From Selaginella moellendorffii (Eukaryota > Plantae > Lycopodiophyta), in NCBI RefSeq assembly GCF_000143415.4, contig NW_003314350.1, positions 372,001 through 436,000 on the forward strand: a DNA stretch of 64,000 nt, written 5' to 3'. The number at the start of each line of letters is the position of its first letter. The first letter of the stretch is position 1. The notes under the pieces were generated by a model. It did no database searches, was not told where the DNA came from, and saw only the letters and a program-made list of their open reading frames with translations. The position numbers were made by a program, and so were the translations under genes. Of the stretch, positions 12,363 to 22,830 are shown piece by piece.

Positions 12363-13780
12363 ATGAGGAGAGATCCGGAAGGACTGTTAGTGGCGATGGC
12401 GAGCTCCATTCCATCTCCCAGCTTGAATCACAGCTTGAGCAAGGCCAAAGATTGGTGGGAGGAGCTTAATCGCTCTAAATCCTGGCAAGACGGGGTTTTC
12501 TACGCACTGGCTGCTCTATATGCCGCCATCGCCATTGTAGCTCTTGTAAGTTCTCCATTTTCTTTTCTTTGTGGGTCTCACTGTTCTCGGCTCTCTAGGT
12601 GCAACTCATCCGGATCCACAGGAGGGTTCGCGACTATGGCTGGACGACTCAAAAGGTGTTCCATTTGCTCAATTTTCTCGTATGCGCTGGTAAGTGTCTA
12701 CCATAGCCAAGGTTTCTTTCTCACGAATGCTTTCCTTTTCCTTGTAGTGCGAGCTAGCGTCTTCCTCTTTCGAAGGCCCGCTCAGCACGTCGGTCCTCAC
12801 GTAAGTCTATCTTTAAAATCCAGTAGGAGATGGTTTTCAGTGCCTCAAAACCTTCTCTCTGTCTCTTTTTTTTTTTGGTGTTTGTGCAGATTCTCCAATC
12901 CTTTTTGCTGGACCTTCCTGGTTTGCTTTTCTTCTCGACTTACACACTGCTCGTTTTGTTCTGGGCCGAAATCTTCTATCAGGTTCAAGTGTATTGCCAT
13001 TTTTCTTCTTTGTTCTTACAACTCTTTCTCGATCACAGGCTCTAAGTCTTCCCACCGAAAACTTGAGACCGTCGTTCCTGATCATCAACACGGCAATCTA
13101 TGTTTTCCAGGTACCCTCCTTCTTTTCTTCATCTGTCATGAAACTAAAAATCTCGTCACAGATTGCGATATGGCTGATACAATGGTGGGATCCGATGCTT
13201 GTGTGGGACATTTTCTCCCGGGTCTTCTTCGCAGGCATGCTAAAATCTTTTAAGTTTGTTCTTCTTCTCCTCGCTTACAATCGTCACTTTCCTTGCATTG
13301 CAGGAGTTTCTTTCGCGGGTGCCTTGGGCTTCCTCTTGTATGGAGGAAGGCTCTTCTTGATGCTACGAAGATTTCCCATCGAATCAAAGGGACGGAGAAA
13401 GAAGCTTCGTGAAGTTGGCTGCGTTACTGCCATTTGCTTTACGTGCTTCACTATTCGCTCTGTGGTGGTATGTATATCCTTTCGCTTTCGCAAGTTTTCT
13501 AGCAATGGCGCGTTTATTTTTTTTCTTTTCTTTTGTTTGTTCGCAGGTGGCATGGTCTGCTTTCGACAAGAAGGCTGAGATTGATGTTCTCTATCATCCA
13601 ATCTTGAACTTCCTGTACTTTTTGGTAAGTTCTAGTGTAAATGTTTCCAGTACAGTTTTAACTTTAATCATCTCTCGTTTCCAGCTTGTGGAGATACTCC
13701 CGTCGGCTCTCGTGCTCTACATCTTACGCAAGCTCCCTGCAAAACGAGCCACTTCCACCGCATACAAAGCAATTCGATGA
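12363..13780 (+). CDS. Tobamovirus multiplication protein TOM1/TOM3-like (DUF1084) multi-pass membrane protein, multi-exon
   Basis: [37 protein letters not shown] and [23 protein letters not shown] motifs across short introns. Confidence 0.93.
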
Positions 13781-13947
13781 GAAGAGTGTTTCTCGTCACG
13801 AGAACGAGAAGAAAAATCCGAGAAGAAAAACTCGAGAAGAAAGGATGGACGCGCGTGTACGTGTGTATATTTCAGTGACTTCTCTGGTAACACAACTTAT
13901 ATTTTTGCAACTTCTTCTACTTTATGTGGCCCTGTGGCTGGTGTTTT

Positions 13948-15186
<1,239 letters not shown>

Positions 15187-15469
15187 AGCTTATCTTCTTC
15201 CAAGCTTTTCCTGTAAGACAAAAAGAAACATCAAACATCAGGTTTATACTGAGCGTCACAGGAAAACGTCCTACCTCATTAAATGAAGAACGTGACTGGC
15301 TACCATTTGATTTCTGAAAAAGAAAAAAGCGAGAAAATATTACATGAGCAGCCAACTTAAATCGCAGCCTCCTATACACCCGAAGAGCTCTGAAATCACG
15401 CTCTTGAATAATCAATCGAAAGAAAATAGCCAAGAGCGTTTCTCAAAAGAAGAAAAAAAATCCGCTATG

Positions 15470-16952
15470 CTACTCATTGACCCGCATATAAGATGGCTCC
15501 GTAACTCGTCTGTAAAGGCCAGTGACTTTGCCTATCACATACTCCACACCCCACTGCAGTAACAATGGTTCGTCAGAGGACATCAATGCACCTTCAATAA
15601 CATAACAAACCTGAATGTTCGAGGGAATAGACCTCCAAAAGTCCATGTGAGGAATCGCCTAGAGACCAATTCAAGCCACCGCTTTATGCAATGCCATAGA
15701 CGAGACAAAGAATTACCTCCACACCGACGATGCCAAGCGCTTTTCTTCGATAAATTGTCGCTGCTATCATATACACAACTAGAAAGCACAGTAATCTACA
15801 GCAAAGAAAATCAACTTAGAACAATGAGCACAGAATAAAGCATACTTACACAATAAGCAACGTGCTAAACCACCCGAGACCTCCGCCATCGAGGCGCGTC
15901 ACCACAGGACACCCTGCCGGGTGTTTAAGAACTGCCCTCTGAAAATGCAAATGTCAAACACAGAGTACGTTTAAGAGTGAAAGAAAAAACGCATACGTAG
16001 TGGCAGCCATCTCCAGAAACCGAAGTTGGGAGCTGCAAAAGCAAAAAGAAACAAAAACAAGTTAGAAGACATTAAAAAACACTTTAAGCGACAGTGTTCT
16101 TGGACATGAATTAACCTCTTGTTGACCAGTTCTCTTGCAGTAGACAGATACTGAGAAGGAACACGCGTCCTGAGAAGTATTGGCCACCATGTCGACGATC
16201 AGACCTTGCTCTGGTTTGCGCTTGTCTAAAGATTCGACAAACAATCAGCTTTTACGTGTCAAGTATTGTAGCAAGCCACGTACCTATGAGTGAATACGTC
16301 GTAGTCGATGGAAAACCCAAGGTCCTACACAATGGAAATCCTGGAAGATAATGAAAGTTGCTAGCTCGAAGCACAAGGAAGATAAAAAAAAGAACCAAGT
16401 ACCGGAGTGTGTGACGGCCTCGAGAGCACTGCACGTCTCGCCACAGTGATCGGGTCCTCCGCAAGTCTACTTCCATAAGTTTTAGTGAGCTTCCAATCCA
16501 TCACAGGAAAACTTTTTTCTCTTGGTTACCTCGCATCTTTGGCAAATGGGAGGATCGTGATTGAATTTCATGTGCTCGCATAGCTAGAGAAAAACACAGA
16601 GAAACGAAAAGGAATCACGGGGTTTTCTTTTTCTCGCTAAGAACAATGGAGCAAATTTTTTTTCTTCGTACCTGGAACCAAACGATTGTCTTGTCGCCGT
16701 TGGAATCCTTCTGGACCACTTTGTAAAACCTGGAAGGAGAAGAAGCAATCGATGAGAGAGTAACGCCCGGAAAGGAATGCCATACCCATCTTCGCTGCGC
16801 ACTCCATGGACAAACCCGCGCAGCGGACCCGCGAGATTATAGCTGTAGCGATAGTTTTCAATTGCTGTTTCCCAAATGCAAGAATCTGCCCTCACCGAGC
16901 TCCTCCACAGCAATACCAGCATCGCGCTCGCGATCGCCACCAGAAAATCCAT
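15470..16952 (-). CDS. ATG27/mannose-6-phosphate-receptor-like type I membrane protein, multi-exon
   Basis: Signal peptide MDFLVAIASAMLVLLW; Cys-rich lumenal exons (FNHDPPIC, GPDHCGETCSAL, LKHPAGCP); TM segment; IPHMDFWRSIP cytosolic motif. Exons assembled by eye. Confidence 0.7.
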
Positions 16953-17105
16953 AGAAATCGATAGAGACGAGCGGCGCCAGGCCCACGCTCGCCCGCGCGC
17001 CCTAGCAAAGAGAACTCGCTGTGGACAATGGGAGCTAAACAACACAGCAAGGCAAAAGGTTTTAAAAAAAATATACTCTTTGTTAAGGAAAAAATAAAGA
17101 TCGTT

Positions 17106-17178
17106 TGGAGATGCCGGGTATCGATCCCGGTGCCTCTCGCATGCTAAGCGAGCGCTCTACCATCTGAGCTACATCCCC
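17106..17178 (-). tRNA. tRNA-Ala (AGC)
   Basis: GGGGATGTAGCTCAGATGGTAGAGCGCTCGCTTAGCATGCGAGAGGCACCGGGATCGATACCCGGCATCTCCA; 73-nt cloverleaf followed by a poly-T tract. Confidence 0.97.
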
Positions 17179-17214
17179 GACGTGAGAATTCTCTCAAAAC
17201 TTTTTAATGATGAC

Positions 17215-18357
17215 TTAAATCTTGGAGATTTTAAAGGAATCCATTATCCTTCTAAGATCGTCACCCTCCAATGCGAACGTTCTTTCTGGCGCTTGGAGTC
17301 TTAACTGATAGAGTCGTTTGTTCTCCACGCCCAGCACCGAGATGTAGCGGCGATCCCACTCGATCTTCATGACGCGGTCTTGGGGAAGGATCGCCATCTG
17401 GTTGTTCGTGGCAAAAGATTTGGCGTTCACCTGCGATGAAGCGATCGAATTCATGGAGCTGTGAGCACAAATCTTTGACAAAAAGCTTGGCAAATCAACG
17501 ACAAGAAGAAGAAACAAAAATTGGATCGTGGAAACAATGGAATGGCTTTCTGCAATGACAATCGAGAATCGCGCAAGCAAAACCCCAGAAGAAAAGGCGA
17601 AGAAGTAGTCACTGGAGAAGATTGGAAGAATCATCAAAGAAGAAAAGCAAAAGAAAGAATCGATCGAGCTAAAGGGAGATGCTAGAGAAATGATCAATGA
17701 AGAAAGAAGATGGTGGTAGCAAAAGAAAGAATCGATTGAGCTCGAGGAGAAGAACTGAGAAGGCCAAGAACTTACCTCCACTTCGTAGAGGAGGCGGCCA
17801 TCGCCATCCACTCTGGATCGCGACGAGAGAACGTTGATCTCCCTGCGAACTCCCAGCCTCGTAGACATGAACTCCGTCGACAGCTGCTTGAGCAATCCCT
17901 GCGCGGCATCCTGTGGCAATCCCAGCTCCTCGATCGATTGGTATCGCGAGCTCGACGGCGAGCTCACGTCCACCGTCACCGATTCATCCAGATTCACGGG
18001 GCTCCGGAAGAAGCAATCGGCGCCGGCGCCGCGGACCTGGAACCACGATCCCGGATAGGAGAAGGAGTAGCCATCGAAAGGATCCTCGAACACCTTAAAC
18101 CCTAGCTCCTCTCCTCCTTTCTCCGCTGCTAGCGCGAGATCTTGCTCTTGCAACCCGAGATTTCGATGGAGGATGGAGATCGCGAAGAATGTGGGAGGGA
18201 GAAGGATCGATCGGCGGGAAAATGGCGCTGGACCGCAAGAATCTCGACAAGAAGAAGAAGAGGAGGAGGAGCACCTGGGAGTGAAATGCGTCGCGTGTGC
18301 CCTGTGTGGCAATAACAAGAGTGAAGAGGCGGTCGCCATAGCCAGAGGCATATCCAC
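17215..18357 (-). CDS. PPD1: PsbP domain-containing protein 1, thylakoid lumen; intron 17431-17775
   Basis: Transit peptide with SRR..ALA; DPFDGYSFSYP, TEFMSTRLGVRRE and EWDRRYISVLGVENKRLYQLRLQ motifs. Confidence 0.9.
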   Translation of the reverse strand: MDMPLAMATASSLLLLPHRAHATHFTPRCSSSSSSSCRDSCGPAPFSRRSILLPPTFFAISILHRNLGLQEQDLALAAEKGGEELGFKVFEDPFDGYSFSYPGSWFQVRGAGADCFFRSPVNLDESVTVDVSSPSSSRYQSIEELGLPQDAAQGLLKQLSTEFMSTRLGVRREINVLSSRSRVDGDGRLLYEVEVSSWPSQFFSSSSIDSFFCYHHLLSSLIISLASPFSSIDSFFCFSSLMILPIFSSDYFFAFSSGVLLARFSIVIAESHSIVSTIQFLFLLLVVDLPSFLSKICAHSSMNSIASSQVNAKSFATNNQMAILPQDRVMKIEWDRRYISVLGVENKRLYQLRLQAPERTFALEGDDLRRIMDSFKISKI

Positions 18358-18559
18358 GAAAGAAGAAGAAAATATCTCCTTTATAATGAAAAGTAAGCTG
18401 TCTCTAAATCATTCTGGTATATTCTAACCTAAACATTACCGTTGGATTAAGATAGACTATTTTAGGGTTTTAAAGGTAGCCTGTACAACTTTTATCTTCT
18501 GTTTTCACCTCGTTTATGTGCCTATAGGTGATCGATGGTCTGGGCCGGCTAGCATGAGA

Positions 18560-20110
18560 AGAAAAATTTAGGAGCAAACCAACAAGAAGAGAATCCTTAC
18601 ATTGCCAAACGCAAATCTTCGTGCCATGACTTTCAAGCCCGGATATCGTTTGTGGAGATTGTGAAGGATCCCGCAGATTTGGAAGGCAATCTTATATAGC
18701 GAAAGCCCTTCAATGGAACATTTTTCTGGAATTCCAAGTTTGTGAATCACCTGTCTCTCTTTGTGCTGCTGGATATGTTTTGGGAGGATATAAAGCAAGA
18801 CTATCCAAATATGCCAGGAGGTGCTTTCAAACGGCCCTACAGGCGGACCAAGACTGAAATATGTACAATCAACAACAGGCCTACTCTTCTACTCCAGGGG
18901 TTAAGAGAGCGAGAATTTGGTCACTTCTCGTAAGCGGTTTGAGGCCTCTAGGACGGAGTTGTGTTTTTTCGTTGGAGCCTCTGGGAGTTGTGAGTTGTGA
19001 GTGTATTTTCGTTGGAGCCTCTGGGAGTTGTGAGTTTTCGTTATGAGTTGGCCTCTGAAAAGTATTGCATATATATATGTGTGTGTGTGGCCTCTCAGAG
19101 CATGCACCTCGTGATGAGGGTTCAAAGGACCTCCATTATGTTGCATTGACGCTTCTTGAGTTATATTCCTGGGACTGGGCCAATTTCTCCTACACCTTTG
19201 AGCTGTTGCATTGCTGGGCTTTTCATCGCCAGACTTTATATTTTCAAGGCATACAAGGAACTCCCTGAGGTGGTGGAGCTTTGTCCATTGAATCTCCTCG
19301 TACCTTCTTCATGGATTTGTCTGTTCTTTATTAATGAAACGATTGTGTGGGCCTTCTTCAAACAGTTGAAGGATAGATAGCCTGATCCTTTGGAGTATTT
19401 AACGAGGAGTCTTCTTACTCTTGTGAAGTCCAACGATGAGCAAGAACTCGGCCATGTTTTTGGTGTTTTCTTCATAAGCTAAGCACATTGAAAAAAGAAA
19501 TCATGTAGTGGTCTTGGACGAGTGTCAAGTGGTGGCAAATTTGTTGGAGGACAGGTTTTTGAGTGTTACCACACAGACTCAGGGCCATTCGATGCTTGAC
19601 ATGCTACTGCTCACTCTATATGAAATCGGTTTTGACAGCGAAGTTATTATATCAGGCACTGGCAGACATCCCTTTCTGAAGGCTACAAGGCGATCAAAAT
19701 CGAAGTCGGAGGTATCTGCAATCAGGCCCTCCGTATACCTTTTGAGTTTGTCAGCACTTCTAAACTCCCTGAATCCAGTGAAGTTGAAATGACTCAACCT
19801 ATGCTTTGCCCATGTCACCTGGGGGGGTTCTATGTTACAGCTCTGCAAATTCTTTTAGAAGAGACTGAGAAAGAGCTTTCTCAGACGAAAATCAAAACAA
19901 GGAAAATTGAGACAGCTCTGGCGCTGTCAAAAATTGCGGCACACATCAGCCTTGTCTTGCTCAACTGCATCCGACTTGGAGAATCAGGCTATGACATCTT
20001 GGCAGTCTCTTCTCTATAAGTATGGCTGTAACTCCCTGGTGATTATCCCCGTAGAAGTCTTTCCTTGTGAAGCTCTAGAATCAAAGTTCGTGGTCTAACT
20101 GAGCTGGATT
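18560..20110 (+). pseudogene. Decayed NTPase-like gene, resembling Crinkler-associated NTPases
   Basis: Fragmented ORFs including VVLDECQVVANLLEDRFLS...VIISGTG. Many stops and frameshifts. Confidence 0.35.
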
Positions 20111-20829
20111 CCTCCAAAACCGGTTTCTCGTCTCCTGAGCAGCATTTTTAAAAGTGTCACCGCATCAATAATGGAAGAACTGCCGTGTTGTGTCCCTGCC
20201 AACTGCGGTATGGCCAACCCCCACCGTGGTACCCAGGCACCCAAGGAGGCCCGATAATCTTTTGTCTAACACTGCCACAAGCTATTCTAAAGATGATGGA
20301 TGGATCACTGATGTTATGTACTAAGCTTGTAAGAACTCTCGATTTTAATGAGGACCTCGACAATTCAAAGTTTTTTGTAGCTTCTTTGGCTTCAGCATCA
20401 TTGCCGTGAGCTTTGCTTCTTTCTGGCTGCCGCTTCCACCATATACACGTCTGTGTTCCTCTCTGTCGAGAGAAACCAAAGCTTGTTTAGTCATCAAGAA
20501 CCGCTTGAAAGACACGATGGTTGGATCCTCAAGGATCCCTGGAATCCAGTGACGAGCTCACGTCCCAGGCTCGAAACACAAACATCCGCTCCTGGGCACT
20601 TGGGCGACGACCAACAACATCCTTCACCACCCTCCAGTTTATAGTGTCAACCAGAAACCCGTGGTAAGACTCCGTGTTCCCGGTGCAAAAGATCCGCCGG
20701 GCACTCGTCGTTCTCCCTCTTATCTAAGCAAAGTCGCCCAAAGTCTCGAAAGCTCTCCAGCATCGCCGGCTCAAGCGGCCGCTCCAGCTGACCATTGCCA
20801 CGATCAAACACCACGGGCGATTGGGCTGT

Positions 20830-20920
20830 GGATGTGATAATTTGATAATGGGCATTCTACATCTTGATCCCAGGACGAGATGGACACTAGATCAAGTGAT
20901 CAAGCATCCTTGGATCTTGG
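20830..20920 (+). pseudogene. Protein kinase subdomain XI fragment
   Basis: CDNLIMGILHLDPRTRWTLDQVIKHPWI. Confidence 0.6.
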
Positions 20921-21189
20921 ACAGTTCTCCAAGATCCAAAGAAGGTGTCCGATTTGGACAGTTTTGGAGAACTGTCCAAAATCCAAAGAAGCTACAGCTA
21001 AGACCAGAAGGTGGTAAGAAACAAAATTTACAATTTTGACGTGAGCACATTAAAGGTAAAATACTATAAACATGTTTATAATTTAAACAGAGGCAGCCGT
21101 TGGATGTAAAATTTCAACTAAAAAAATAAAAAAAGTCTAAAAGATGGCGTCAGTGTTTAACTTAATTATGTTTTAAGCTTATAACAACG

Positions 21190-22764
21190 ATGGAGGAATT
21201 AGGGTTCCTTGGCGATAGTGATGCTCCAGCGAGAGAAAGGGGGGCGATATCGCCAAGTCTTCGATCGCTCATCGATGCGCCGGGAAGAAGGATGATTCTC
21301 AGCAGCCGCAGTTTCCTCTCGGCCCTGATTTGGTCCCTGGCGGCATGGATTCTCGTCATGCAGCTCTACATGGCGTTCTTCCCGCCCCAGCTCGTGCTCT
21401 TCGACGATCCTCGCTCGCACAGGCGCGGCGGCGGGAGCTTCGTCAGGACGGAGGAGCGGATGATGCGATCGCTGGGCGGCGGCGAGGGGAGGTACGAGAA
21501 TCTCACAATGCTGGAGAAGGAAGAAATTTTCAAGGCTTCTTCCGCGAGGAATGTGTCGGATTTTCCAGACATTGGCCTCGTTCTAGATCCTGTCAATGCT
21601 CCAGCGCAGGATAGGAATTTTTTTTTCCCAGGAAGGCACTGGCTCGACTCCAGCGGGAATTCCATTCAAGCACATGGTGGAGGAATTCTTTATGTTCCAA
21701 GCACTGGAATTTTTTATTGGTATGGTGAGAACAAGGATGGTCCTACATACTACGCTCCCACGGAATACGAGTCTCTAGCCAGAGTAAGCATCTCTCTCTT
21801 TCTTTTTTCGTTAGATCTAGCTCTCGAGTGAGAAAAACTTTCTAGATCGAGAGAGTTTCCTTTCGTACAAAGATGGACTGATAGTTTTTTTTTTAATGAA
21901 AACTCACAGGTTGATCTCATTGGAGTGAGTTGCTACTCCTCCAAAGATCTCTGGCTCTGGAAGTACGAGGGACTCGTTCTCGAAGGTGACAAGGAAGACG
22001 AGAGCAGTGACTTATACTACAAGAACGTTTTGGAGAGGCCGAAAGTTATCTACAACGAACGAAGCCAGCAGTACGTGATGTGGCTACACATTGACAGTGC
22101 AAACTACACCAAAGCTTCGCTGGGTGTCGCTGTAAGTTCTCGACCGGAGGGGCCGTTTGAGTTCTTGGGAAGCAAGCAGCCTCACGCTTTCGAGAGCAGG
22201 GACATGACAGTGTTTAAGGACGAAGATGGCACGGCTTACGTCGTTTACTCCTCGGAAGGAAACAGTGCTCTACACATCACTCCGCTTCAAGACGACTATC
22301 TCGAGTTCCGGAACGTCATGTCGAGGGTGTTTGTGGATCAACACAGGGAAGCTCCAGCAGTTTTCAAGCATCGCGGGATTTACTACATGGTCACCTCCGA
22401 TTGTACAGGATGGGCTCCAAACACAGCTTTGGTTCATGTAGCGGAAAACATGCTGGGACCTTGGGAGACTGCCGGGAATCCATGCGTGGGTGGAACGTCG
22501 TGGTTTAGATCGACGACTTTCTTCTCGCAGGGAAGTTTTGTTCTTCCGTTGCCTGGGCTTCCCAACACTTTCCTCTTCATGGCGGATAGGTGGAACTCTA
22601 CAGAGTTGCGGCACTCGAGATATGTTTGGTTGCCACTTACGGTGGATGGACCGGTTGACGAGCCAGTGGAAGGCTTGTTTGAGTTCCCGTTTTGGTGGAG
22701 GGTCTCCATACGATGGTACTCGAGATGGAAGCTGCCGGTGGATTGGGAGAGGAACAAACAGTGA
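21190..22764 (+). CDS. Glycoside hydrolase family 43 (exo-beta-1,3-galactanase-like) type II membrane protein; intron about 21784-21909
   Basis: IQAHGGGILY, WYGENK, ERPKVIYN, SRDMTVFKD, REAPAVFK and FMADRW motifs. Confidence 0.93.
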
Positions 22765-22830
22765 CAGGGTCTCCATGTAGGGTTTATATATGGAGGAAAG
22801 GCAAGCGCAGGTGGAGAAAAATGCGAACGA

